Positions 40,812 through 52,319 of a stretch of DNA of 64,000 nucleotides are shown piece after piece. The notes under the pieces were generated by a model that saw only the letters and a program-made list of their open reading frames with translations, was not told the DNA's origin and made no database searches. The stretch lies in contig MU058290.1 in assembly GCA_013265495.1 (NCBI GenBank), forward strand, positions 434,001-498,000, in the 5' to 3' direction. Within the stretch, counting starts at the first letter, position 1. Each line of letters begins with the position of its first letter. Origin of the DNA: Vicugna vicugna. Lineage: Eukaryota. Made by a program: the position numbers and the translations under genes.

Positions 40812-41345
40812 CTCTTACCTGTCACGTCAAGGGTTACCCAAGGCTCCGCTGGAGAAATGATCCAGTGTCCTGTGGGAACCAGGGAGCCAGGGAGCGTCCC
40901 GGGCCCCGTCAGTCTTTAGTCATCTCAGCCGTCATTGGTTTGGGAGTCCCAAGCCCCCTTCCAGACTGGAGGCAGTCCTGCCCCCAGTGGCCTTTTTGTT
41001 TGCATATGGGGCAGGGTCCTGGTGGCCTTTTCCCATACATGGGGCATTTCTTTTTCCAGTGGCCCTCCTGGCTGTACTTAAAAAACAGGTCCCTTTTTTG
41101 GCGAAACAGTGGCTCTGATGCAGGCATTCTGCATCCTGTCCTCGCCATGGGTCTTGGTGGAGGGTAACCCTGAGGTGGTGCAGAGATGAAGGCTGCTGCT
41201 AAGAATTGTGCCTTTTGCTGTTGTCCCTGAATCCTTTTCACCTCTTTAGCCCTGTCTCTATTGCTAAATACTTTAAACACCAGATTCATGAGCTGATTCA
41301 TGGGATCTGGGGTCCCCAGCTGCCCACAAGGGGCCTTAGGGGTAG
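40812..41345 (-). pseudogene. gag: ERV gag C-terminus (capsid end plus nucleocapsid zinc knuckles) and start of protease
   Basis: MNLVFKVFSNRD, a degenerate first knuckle (FKYSQEGHWKKKC) and an intact CPICKQKGHWGQDC (CX2CX4HX4C). The stop TGA at 40909-40911 is followed by CGGGGCCCGGG and in-frame EPWVTLDVTGK. Confidence 0.85.
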
Positions 41346-41940
41346 ATGATTGGGAAGACCTCTCCGGTGGGGTCCTTCCCAACAGGAAGCAATGGAAGAA
41401 TTAAAAAATTTCCTAGTAAGATCCCTGGCCTTGGTGCTTCCAGATCCCACAAGGCCCTTCCAGTTCTATGTTAATGAGAGAGGAGGAATAGCCTGGGGGT
41501 CCTCACCCAACGGCTGGGTCCTACCCAACAGCCTATGGGATATCTCTCCAAGTGGATAGATCCCACTGCTCGAGGCTGGCCTTCCTGCCTAAGAGAGTAG
41601 GGAGCCCTCTCCACTCCCCTGGAGGAAGCTTTTGAGGTAACTCTGGAGGCCCTTATACAAGCATAAGCTAACCATCAAGTTTCTGACCTTTTAAAAGGCA
41701 AGGGACACTTCTGGCTCTCAGATGCTCGGCTTCTTAAATATCAGGCATTCTTACTGGAAAACCCAGATGTCACTGTCTCAGTTTGTGGGACACTCAAGCC
41801 TGCTACACTATTACCACCACCACGTGAGTCTCTTCCCTTCACCTATGTCATGAGACCCTATCCATTTCTCCAGGAGCTAGAACAGATCTCACCAACCAAC
41901 TCCTGGAAAACCCTGAGATCTGGTTCACTGATGGGGGCCA
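41346..41940 (+). pseudogene. pol: ERV pol fragment (RT connection to start of RNase H), frameshifted
   Basis: [23 protein letters not shown] / [19 protein letters not shown]...ARGWPSCLR / WLSDARLLKYQAFLLENP...LKPATLLP / IWFTDG. Confidence 0.85.
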
Positions 41941-44364
41941 CATATTCTTGTGAACCTCTTAGCGATCTGCAACTGCTTTCCAAGCAACACTCTGGTGAGA
42001 CTCTTCCACTGCCCTAGGGGTGTATGGGTCCCTGTTAGATAAACCTCTTTCTTAAATGTCTACTGGCTCTCATCTATTCTCTTTTAGGGCCCTCACCAAA
42101 CTGTTTTAATACTAATTTAAAACGTCTCCAACATTAGGGTCCCTCTTTTGACTCCTCCTTTAGTTCAGTGGACTAACACTCCAACATCTGCTTTCTAAAA
42201 CATAAACCAACAGAAAGCACAGAAATCGATTTTTTTAAAGACCCTTGTTTGCTCCTTTCATCCTTTGGCTAGGATTAGCTCTATATATTTGACCTCTATC
42301 TTTTCAACCTTCTTATGAAAAGTGTTTCTTCTCATCTAGAGATAAACTTCAAATGGCCATACCACAAGGTAGTCAACCAATCAGCCAATCAGCCAAGACC
42401 ACTTATATACAAGCCCCTTGATGAACACTATCCTTTTGCTCACACACTGCCCAAGGACATCCAGCTAGTCTGGGTCCCCAATGAGCTCCATCATCTCCCC
42501 AGATGAGGAAGTAGCTAGAGCAGTCCTTGCTCATAAGGTTTGGGGTCCTATGACTAGAGGGGGGAATCTTAGGTAGCTTAGATAGAAATGAGTATTGGGC
42601 AAAGGGAGAGGAAGGGGAAAGGAAAAATCCAGAACACAAGAAACCTGAGCTCTCAGTCAAGCAGAGTGCAGGAAAACCGAGTTGTCTATCAAACAACTAG
42701 CCAACAAATCAATCAATCACAAGGCCTAGGGGTGGAGGCACACCCCGTCTCATAGACACACGACACATAACAAGACACCCCATCCAATAGCAATGAAGCA
42801 GGTAGCACAACTGCAGGAAAGACAAATTCCTAGCATGGAAAAGGCAGTAATTAAAAATGTGACCTCTGGTGGCTCAAAGCAGTTGGCACGGCTGCAGTGA
42901 TAGTGACTTTTCATCAGACCATTTCCATCAGAAGGGTTGCACCTTGTCCTTTGAATCTCAGCCTCAATTCTGATTGTTTCTATTGAGTCTGTGACATTCC
43001 TGATATCCCATTGTCATATTAATCAACCAGAGTCAGCTTCTGGTGTATGTAAGTAAGAAACTGTTATTACATCATAGCAGATTTACCTTAAATCGTAAAT
43101 CCCGGTAATCTGCAGAAAGTAAGGAGCAACTAGCTTTTCCAAATTGGCAGGTTGCCTGGAACTCATCTCTAGTTTCACAGTGCTCTGGGAGCTTCAGCAG
43201 TTAGCATACTCTATTATAGAAAATATCTCCCAAAGCCAAAATAACTTGGAAGAGGACTTTGAGGTGCTGTTTTTATACAGAAAAGCTGAATTGACGTCTG
43301 GTCTGGATTGGATGTGGTCAGTCAAATCATTAGCTTTTTCTTCAGTATATAGGAGACTTCACAAGCCAACCCCTCCCCGAGAAAAGGAAATTTTTTGATA
43401 TATAGTTTATAATATGACATATAATGTTGAACATATGAAACTTACATAATATTATAAACTAGTGTTGCTTCAGTGAAAATTAATTTAATTAACAATTAAA
43501 ATATGAACATTTCCGAATACAGGCAGATGATCAGGTCAAGTCAAAAAGTTTAAATTAAGAACTGACTGCCTTTAAGTTGTTTATATTTTGGTTGGCAGAA
43601 CCTGTTCTCTGGTTTCACGTGTTTTTTTTCCTGTAATAGTAAATATTCCTCTACTAAAAGGTACTGGAAGGTGCAGAAACCCAGGTCTGAGTAAGGACTA
43701 CTTAATGATTTGGCACATGTGAATGTGTGCTTGTCTTTCTCTGTATCCTCTTCAAAGTTGGACTGAGAATTTTCCTTAAGAAGAAACTATATCATTTCCT
43801 GTTTTCATTTGCTGCACACTGTGGACACCTTACCAGTGTGTGGTATTAAGGAAAACACAAATGAAAGAACACTTCTGTTTCAGTGGCAGATATTGGGTCC
43901 TTGAGCTTATAAACAAAGCAACTGAATTTTTGTGAGTATAGTGAGTAGGTGCTGTATCTCATTATATAAGAACCTATAATTGGAAAGGAACAAAACAGCC
44001 GATAAATTTGAAACACATAAAACAGTATTAGGATTAAAACCAAGATACAAGCTGGAAACATGAGTTACAGCTTTGTACATACCAGCTTGATTACGTCAGC
44101 TTTAGGACTTCAAAAAATTCTCTGAAACCGGGAAATGATACATTGGTGAATAAAAACTCTATAGAACTTTCCTACAATGGACCTTTAGGACTGTGTGTAT
44201 TTACTTTTGAGATAGGATAAGAGTTTGTGTGTGTGTGTGTAATGAGTCATACTTTTATGAGAGTAAGGAATCCAGCACTCAGACATGGCCCCAAAATAAG
44301 TTTGTTTTTTTTTAAATGAGAGAAATTCTGTATTTCTGAGAGAATAATGATATAAAAATGTATG

Positions 44365-45333
44365 TCATTTGTCTGTATTTTTAGGAATTTCTTTTGATGA
44401 TGTGCCCAGGACTTTCTTTAGTACATCTTTCATATCTTTGTTCCGGAGGCTGTAGATCAGAGGATTAAAGAATGGGGTTGCCATGCAGTAAAACAAGGTC
44501 ACAAATTTCTGGGTCCCAGGATGGCTCCTAGAGCCTGGACTCACATACATCACCATGACTGAGCCATAGAATAGAGAAACCACCAAGAAATGGGAGGCAC
44601 ATGTAGAGAAAGCTTTGTTCCTGCCTGAGCCAGCTGGGACCCGAAATACGGCTCGCAAAACGAAGGTATAGGACCCAAGAATGTAGAGAAAGGTGATGAA
44701 GATGATAAGAGAGCTCACAGTGGCACAAGTTAGAGTCGTTTTAGGAACTGGGGCACAGGATAGTGCCAACAGTGGTCCCAGGTCACAGAAAAAATGGTCA
44801 ATGATGTTAGGGCCACAGAAGGGCACCCGGGACATAAGAACCGCAGGCATCAGTATGGATAGAAAGCCACCTGCCCAGCAGAAAACCACTAATCGGGCAC
44901 ATAGGTGATGAGTCATGATGGTGGGGTAATGCAGAGGTCGACAGATGGCAAGGAACCGATCAAAGGACATCGCAGACAGGAAATAGCCCTCAGCAGCACA
45001 CATGGAGAAGAAGAAGTAGAACTGGAGCAGGCAGCCAGCATAGGAGATGCTCTTGGTCTGGGAGATGATATTGGCCAACATTTTGGGCACATCAGAACTG
45101 ACATAGCAGATCTCCAGGAAGGAGAAGTTAGCCAGGAGGATGTACATGGGTGTGTGGAGCTTCCGGCTTGACCACACAGCACAGATGATGGATGTGTTCC
45201 CCATGAGGGTCAGAAGGTAGATGAGGGAGAACATGACAAAGAGGAGGATCTGGATGTCTCTGCGACAGGGGAAGCCCAGGAGAATGAACTCACTCACAGA
45301 CCCAGAGCTATTACTGGTTTCTGAGAGACTCAT
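44365..45333 (-). CDS. Olfactory receptor family 11, intact 322 aa
   Basis: EFILLGF, LHTPMY, MSFDRFLAICRPLHY, KAFSTCASH and NPLIYSLRNKD motifs; NSS sequon; acceptor ttcatag 9 nt before the ATG. Confidence 0.95.
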   Translation of the reverse strand: MSLSETSNSSGSVSEFILLGFPCRRDIQILLFVMFSLIYLLTLMGNTSIICAVWSSRKLHTPMYILLANFSFLEICYVSSDVPKMLANIISQTKSISYAGCLLQFYFFFSMCAAEGYFLSAMSFDRFLAICRPLHYPTIMTHHLCARLVVFCWAGGFLSILMPAVLMSRVPFCGPNIIDHFFCDLGPLLALSCAPVPKTTLTCATVSSLIIFITFLYILGSYTFVLRAVFRVPAGSGRNKAFSTCASHFLVVSLFYGSVMVMYVSPGSRSHPGTQKFVTLFYCMATPFFNPLIYSLRNKDMKDVLKKVLGTSSKEIPKNTDK

Positions 45334-45694
45334 TCTTCTGATCTATGAAGGGAATGAGCAACAGGACCATTATATTAGTCATCTTCTCTCTTGAAAAGTT
45401 ATTTTTATTTCTTTTGACTCCTATACTCTCCTTTAATACACTTTTGTGAAAGGGCTCCATCTGGTTCTGAATTCAATATCTCTTTTCCCAGTGATCTGGC
45501 TTAGCCCAGTGACATCAGCGTTCTGAGAACCCAGTCCAACATGTTACTTATATGCTCCCACAGCCCCCACTGTAACAGTCTCCATTTTTCAGGGTATAAA
45601 TTTCACTGGTATCATGTAATGTAGACTCCAAACTGTTTTCTCTGTTTGCGTTTAAATTAATTCTTCCTTGATGTATAGTTTCATAATATGCACC

Positions 45695-46240
45695 TGCGGG
45701 GAGCTGCCTCATGAAGTGAGAGTCTGGTAGACAGGAGTTAACAGTCCTGATTTACAAGACACAGCCCCTGCGGGGAGCTGCCTCATGGACTGAAGGTCTG
45801 GTATCCGGGAGTTAATAGCTCTGTTTACAAGACTCAGCTCTGGGAGGATTCCCTGTCCCGCCACCCCTACGTTCTTAAGATAAAGGATTAACAGATGTTT
45901 TCCCAGAAGGAGTTTCTGTGCTTTGTTCTTTGCCCAAGGAAAATAAGATAAGGGTAAAAACAGGACTCCTTAGATTGATGATTGTAAATGTCATTCCTTG
46001 AGATAAACATGAGTGTAATCGTAAAAGAATCTATGTAATCTTTCTGGTATTCAATGTTTCTTCCTTCTTGCATGCTATAAAAAGAGTTGCAGAATAAACT
46101 GCGTTGGCGGTGTCTAGCCTTTGCTTTAGCAGGCTGTAAGACTCATCCCTCTCGACCCCATTCTGTGTCTGTCTGCTTTCTTTTCTTAGTCGTGTCGACT
46201 GCGTCTTCGGACCTGTTCGTTTTGCCGGCAGGCTCCGGCA
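45695..46240 (+). mobile_element. Young solo LTR with 6-bp TSD (ERVK/betaretrovirus-like)
   Basis: TG...CA termini; TSD tgcacc at 45689-45694 and 46241-46246; TATAAA at ~46076; AATAAA at ~46093; many retained CpGs. Confidence 0.85.
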
Positions 46241-48624
46241 TGCACCCTCATATATACACTTAATTTCTTTTTTTCTTGTTGCAAAGAAAATTTTGTTTAG
46301 TATTTTGGAAAATTTGAAGAAAAATCAGTTTAAATATAATATGAAGTTGAATTAGGTCAGCACAAAAAGAGCACCTTGCTACGTTGTCAGGAACATATTT
46401 TCAGGAGATCTGTCCTCAGTAGTGTTAACTGAAGCAGGGTGCTCAAGACTCTACCACAAATTCCATTCTAGCAAGAACTTAGTAGCTTCTTAGGGCTGGT
46501 ATTTAACTTCTACTTGCTGAGCAACAGCTAATATGATACAGACAAAAAGGACCCTAGCTGGCTTCACTCTTTATTAGGAGATCCTGGCTTTCAAATAGAA
46601 AAACAGCAAGAGGCAGATGGAGAAACACCTATCTCAGCTCAGATGGCTGCAGCAGTATATTGTCCGTATATTATAGCGTTTCCTCCTTGAACCAAATTCT
46701 CATTTATAATAAAAAAGGATTTTAACAAGGCTACTAACTAAAGCTGGAAATCACCACCTTTGACCTGCCCTGTGTCCTAATTCTTGGCACCTTTTATGAC
46801 ATGAACCCAGTCTTGGACACTTTCTTTAAAAATATTTGACTTCTAAGGTAGTAAGCGTAACAGCAACCACTGTTAAGTATTAAACATTTATTGTGACTGT
46901 CACTTAACATTCATTATCTCATTAAATTCTACTCCCATCTCTTCTCTAATCCTAGAGCCTTAAAAAACACTTTCACATTTCTAAGTGTAGCATTGAATTT
47001 TATTGTCCCTCTGAGCACATTAATTCTAAAACCCAACCTTTTTTTTCTGCACAGCTGTCAGCTATGTATATAATATATTAGCTGTGTTTCCTGATTATAT
47101 CTGATTCTGATGCGACTTAATTTCATCGAACTTCCCCTTGTGCATATGGAGGATTAGCCTCAGGAAAGCTGTGTTAGGAACTGAGGCCATATACCATAGG
47201 AAAAGATTATTTAACTATTTCTCATAGTCTCTCTGTATAGGTTATATCAGGTACATCAGATAAGATGGTGAGGCAAGTATCTTCCAGGCTAGCAGTTTCT
47301 AAAGACTAAAGGGAGATCAAATATGAAAAGATTCTGGTGTTCCTTCAGAAAGACCAAACATTGCATACAACAGATGGGTGAGTTAAAATGGAAAACTATA
47401 AAACATAAATCCAAGGTTATACCAGGCTCATTGGGGAAGGTTTTGACTGGAAATTCAGTGATTGGAAGGGGTGATATGATGCTTTAAACCAGAACTAGAT
47501 GACCTAAATTTTCATTATTTGTTATTTAGCTAAATTGTGTAGAGTAAGAGCTACCACACTCTTCAGTGTGACCACAATTTTACTTAAACAGCTGAGCTGA
47601 CTGGAGGGCAGGACTGCACAAACACAAGGCAATGAAGTGTGATAAGGAAAAAACAAGAGTGGACAGAAGGTATGTTTCAGGGGTGTTGTATTTGAATGAG
47701 AAATCTCCCTTTCACTTTTGGTTAGAATCAGTGCAAACTCACCTCAAAATTAAGGTGAGAATAAGGAACCGGTTTTTTGGAGTTTTTGAGGTTTTGGGAG
47801 TGGCTCTTGAATGATCAGGTGTTAATCAAAATTTGAAGTAGAAGAAAAGAAAGTATCATACAAAGAGAAAGAGAAGGAAGCAGTAGATTTTCTTTCAAAT
47901 TCTTACCTGTAATACAACTTGGATCTATTGTGAATGTTCTTCCTTCCTTTCCCGGTTCAGGGCCAGACTTCTTGGTCTTTGGAAATCCCTCTGTTCCTGC
48001 CTCACTGTTCTAAGTTCAACACACCAAGGGTCTCTCTCTCCCTGCCTTGGATCACTGTGGATTTTGTCTGGGACTACATGTTGATTTTTCCTTTCACTGC
48101 ATATAGGAATCTTTCGATCTTAATTATACTTGATGAAAATAAATACCCATTACTTACAAGTGTTTTCTCTCCTTTGAAGTGATTGGAAGCCCATTGGCTT
48201 CTGTCGTCTTTTTATCTGAAAGATATGTAAAATGGCAAAGTGTTAGCTCCGATTTTTCTGATGGGATTTTTAAACAACTGTATCTTGGACAGACATTTGA
48301 GATGTCCCGTGAGGAAGGCTGAAAGCTTTGTAAAAAATATGTCATTTTATATACTACTTTGTCTATAATAGAAAATATATTTATAGATAAAATTACAAAA
48401 GAAAATTCACAGCCCCCTTTTTGTAGCAATAATACACACAGTGGACATTGCAGCAGACAGTCAAGGGGCTACCACCTGTGCCCTCTTAGAGATCTTAGAT
48501 GTGCAGGGTTTGGGGTTCCTGATGACACTGCCAGTTTGAGCCTCACAAAGGATTCTCTTCAGCTGCAAAAAGAGTAAAGTGCCAAGAAACTCTCCCTTCA
48601 TTTTATTTTGCATCCCTTTATGGC

Positions 48625-48665
48625 CACATATTGTCCCTGGGGGCCATCCCTCAGGAGCAGCAGGG
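48625..48665. promoter_or_regulatory. Paired O/E (EBF)-like sites, candidate promoter of the 44365-45333 OR
   Basis: GTCCCTGGGGG and TCCCTCAGGAG, 3.3 kb upstream of the ATG. A candidate donor cag|gtaaga lies on the minus strand at ~47907. Confidence 0.35.
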
Positions 48666-49021
48666 ACAATCACAGTGCATCACTCAATCCTCAAGTGTGT
48701 TTTACTTTCAGTGATGAGCTCCAAGGTGAAAAAGCCTCCCTGAATCCATCAGTGAGACTGTCACCTATTAATGGACCCCCCAGTTTGCTGCTCACTTGAC
48801 ACCTCCAGACAGGTTCTGGATTTGAAAAACCAACTCAGTGTTGGATGCCACCAGATGCTTCAAGGCTCTTGGAGCTCCCCTTCCCTTGAATGTGTTTCTT
48901 CAAATGATATCGAAAGTTCACTTGAATAAATTTTCAACTCTTGAGTATCTTTTCAAGGATCCACTAAAAGTAGCCTCCCTGCCAATCTTTATCACTCAGT
49001 GCAATGGTGTTAAAAGTTGGT

Positions 49022-49060
49022 CACACAACACTGTAGAATGACTATAACTCAATTCAAAAA
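49022..49060 (+). mobile_element. ~40-bp L1 3'-tip insertion with 10-bp TSD
   Basis: cacacaacactgtagaatgactataactcaattcaaaaa matches the end of the L1 at 59172-59210; aaaagttggt is duplicated at 49012 and 49061. Confidence 0.8.
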
Positions 49061-50454
49061 AAAAGTTGGTAGCTAGTCTCCCTGCAGATTCCAGGCAGCA
49101 GGGACTGATGCCTGTTGAAACTGTCTCGTGGCTTTCAGATTTCATGAGTATAAGAAAACCTAAGTTCTCATTTAACATTCAGAGCCTCCTATCACACCCT
49201 CAACCACAAGGATTCCATGTCTTTTTATATATTTAAATTTTCTTCCCCTGTCTCAGTGGATACACTCTACCCAGCTTTATATTGTGTTTAGGTGATAGTG
49301 CTAATTCCCGGGCCAGCTGATTACATGTTCGTTATCTAATATAATACTCATTACATTCTTTTGAAGACAATTGTACCATTTTATTTTTTTAAATTTTTAC
49401 ACAATTTTTAAAGGTTACTTTTCATGTACAGTTATTACTAAATCTTGGCTATATTCCCTGTGCTGTACAATACAGCTTTGCGCTGACAGAGGCAGCGAGA
49501 CTGGAAGTAGCCCACTAACCCTATTCAAGTTCACTAGTTCCCGCAGAAAGTAACTTGGGGGCAAACACTTCTGGTAGCATTAACCAGGTCCTTTTACCAT
49601 TTCCCTTGCTTCCGGTTTCTTCTTCTAGCGCTAACTTAAGGTTACTCTGATTCTTCATTTTGGAAGCAGCAGTGATGTACCTGGAAGTCTTAGACCCACT
49701 AATCCTTTCATACTGCATTGGACACTCATTTTTAACTTCCTCCCTCAATGACTTGCTTATAAAAACTTCTGCTGGTTCTTTGTTGCTTTGACAACGGCTG
49801 TCTCACCTCTTTGGTTACTGTAGAAGGAGACTGTAATTTAGGGCCTCTGAAATGCATAGGGAAAATCTTCCAGAAAAAAAAATGTTTGATGCATTCATCC
49901 ATCTGTACTGATCCTGGTAACATTTCAAGGCTGCCCTTAGGTATAGGCTGCAGGGCTCTGGTGACTTCTGAGAACCTCTGAGACAGAAATTTGAAAGATA
50001 TGTGGTGTTTTCTTCCAAGAGGGATGCAGTTAGTATGAGTTAAAATTCATGCAGAACTATTCAATACAACTGCAGCTGAAAATAGAAGCTTGCCAAAAAC
50101 CATCTGCTGCAGTAAACTTCTGGTTCCATTATCACTTACTAGTTGTGTGATGTTAAAGAAATTCTTGAACCTCGCTAAAACTGTTACTTTTCTGATTTAC
50201 TAACGTAGCATTGGTAATCATCTGCTCCAGAGCACTGCTGTATATAATAGACGAAGTAACTGTCCTCAAAACATTCAGTGGAGTAATAGTCCCATGAGAC
50301 GATCTGGGAGAAAAGGAAGTTATCCTGTCAAGGTTGGAAAATGGGCATTATTGTAACAGTTCCCTAACCCAAATTATTCAGTTTTCTGGAGAACTGTCTT
50401 GCTCATATCCTTGAGATAAGTCGTGTTGGGACTTTGCTCACTATGATGCCTGAT

Positions 50455-51408
50455 TTATGTTTTATGAACAGGTATTTCAGTCCCAAAGGCTTTCCTTAGG
50501 GCAGCCTTCATCTCCTTGTTCCGGAGACTGTAGATTAGAGGATTGCAGAGGGGTGTTATCACAGAATAAAACAAAGTAATGATTTTTTGCATTTCCACTG
50601 GGTGTCCTGACCCAGGACTAACATACATCACCATAACAGGACCGAAAAACAGAACTACCACAGCCAGATGAGAAGCACAAGTGGAGAAAGCCTTGCGTTT
50701 GCTCGCTGCTGAGGGCATCCTCAGCACAGCCAGAATCACCAGAGCGTAAGAGCAAAGGATGAAGAGAAAGGTGCCAATCATGAAAATAGCATTGACAGTG
50801 GAGTAAATGAATTGTGTGGTGGTGTCTTCAGAACAGGACAGCATCATCAACGGGACAGGATCACACAAAAAATGGTCTATGATATTTGGGCCACAATAGG
50901 GCAAGTGTGAAATGAGAACAACTGGGGTTAGGAAGAGGATGAAGCCGCAGGACCAGCCAAAGATGACAAGGCCAGTGTACAGCTGTTTAGTCATGATGCG
51001 TGGGTAATGCAGCGGACGGCAGATGGCAAGGTACCTGTCAGAGGCCATGATGCAAAGGTAGAAGCCCTCATCACACCCAAAGGAGAAGAAGAAGTAGAAC
51101 TGTGCAAAACAGCTCACAAAGGAGATGGACTTGATTGTGGACAGGAAGTTGACCAACATGTTAGGGATGGTCGTGGTGACATAACATATTTCCAGGAAAG
51201 AGAAATTCCCCAAGAGGATGTACATGGGAGTGTGAAGGCGCTGGTCCCACCACACGGCACAGACAATGGCTGTGTTCCCCACCAGGGTCAGTGTATAGGC
51301 TGCTGAGAAGAACCCGAAGTAGAGGAGCTGCATCTCTGGGCTTGAGGGGAAGCCCATGAGGATAAAGTGGCTAACGAAGCGGGTGGTTTCTCTTTCGGAC
51401 ACATTCAT
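50455..51408 (-). CDS. Olfactory receptor family 11, intact 317 aa
   Basis: HFILMGF, LHTPMY, MASDRYLAICRPLHY, KAFSTCASHL and NPLIYSLRNKE motifs; NVS sequon; acceptor ttccag directly before accATG. Confidence 0.95.
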   Translation of the reverse strand: MNVSERETTRFVSHFILMGFPSSPEMQLLYFGFFSAAYTLTLVGNTAIVCAVWWDQRLHTPMYILLGNFSFLEICYVTTTIPNMLVNFLSTIKSISFVSCFAQFYFFFSFGCDEGFYLCIMASDRYLAICRPLHYPRIMTKQLYTGLVIFGWSCGFILFLTPVVLISHLPYCGPNIIDHFLCDPVPLMMLSCSEDTTTQFIYSTVNAIFMIGTFLFILCSYALVILAVLRMPSAASKRKAFSTCASHLAVVVLFFGPVMVMYVSPGSGHPVEMQKIITLFYSVITPLCNPLIYSLRNKEMKAALRKAFGTEIPVHKT

Positions 51409-52319
51409 GGTCTGGAAGACATGGAGATGACATGGTTACTGCACTTGAATGGACTATGCTGATTCTTCCTGGAAACACCTGATTTCTTTACCTTTTATTT
51501 CATAAAGTTGTAAACAGATTTTTCCTTAAGCAACAAAATGGTGACTCTCATGACCCAGCACCTGAGCATATATTGTTTTTAAAAGTCACAATAATAGAAA
51601 AGAGGGAAACATGAATTAGAGACAATTTTTTACCTTTCTAAGAGTGCTAAAGAGTATAAACTGTGATTCTGACAAACTAACTGTATTAGTCTGCTTTTTC
51701 AGCTGTTTACCTGCACTACTGATATTATGTGTGTCTGTCTGTGCATGTGAAGTTCTTTCAATTATACTATGAATATCTGATTATTATTTATAACTCATAT
51801 GATAAAAATGAAGTCAAGATATTGTAAAACACTCTGTCTCAACGAAGTGCCATGACAGAACATAAATTAATTCTCATTCGCACTTTCAGTTCCTCCAGCT
51901 TACTCAAGGTGTAATATGCCCATTATGGCAATTGGTGTAAGGATGAGCCACCTGTCTCAGTGATGGGTCAAGTTCAGTGTGCCTGTATATGCTACCCATG
52001 GTCAAGTGAGCTGCAAGAAAAGTGGAAAGATATATATATATATAGTGTGTGTGTGATTTCCATATTCCTTTATTCACAGCCCTTTTTCATGTTCTTCAGT
52101 TTAGGCAGAATTCTGGTGTCTTTTTACATCTCACTAAGCCCCATTTAGGCCTTTCCCACCTGGGCAACTCTAAAGCAAGAAACTTCTCATTTCTCGCCCT
52201 TTGGTGGCTTCCATCCCAAGTAGTTGTTATTAAATCAAAACTAGTTGTCTTGTTTCCTCAGAACCTTACTGTGACCTATTACATGAGCCAAAATAATTCA
52301 TTCAAAATTATTTCTTTTT

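Larger units (their letters stand above)
37156..42767. mobile_element. Rearranged class I (gammaretrovirus-like) ERV with two outward-facing 3' ends
   Basis: PPT+LTR on both strands (agaggggggaa|tgttaggtag, minus strand, from 37393; agaggggggaa|tcttaggtag, plus strand, from 42567). Pol and env-tail remnants in both arms, and a gag/pro fragment in the middle. Confidence 0.85.

Noticed and set aside
49480..49800. Slightly CpG-richer stretch with a CCGGAAG-like site next to a short L1 fragment
   Set aside because: No ORF, poly-A or TSD evidence, so too weak to call.
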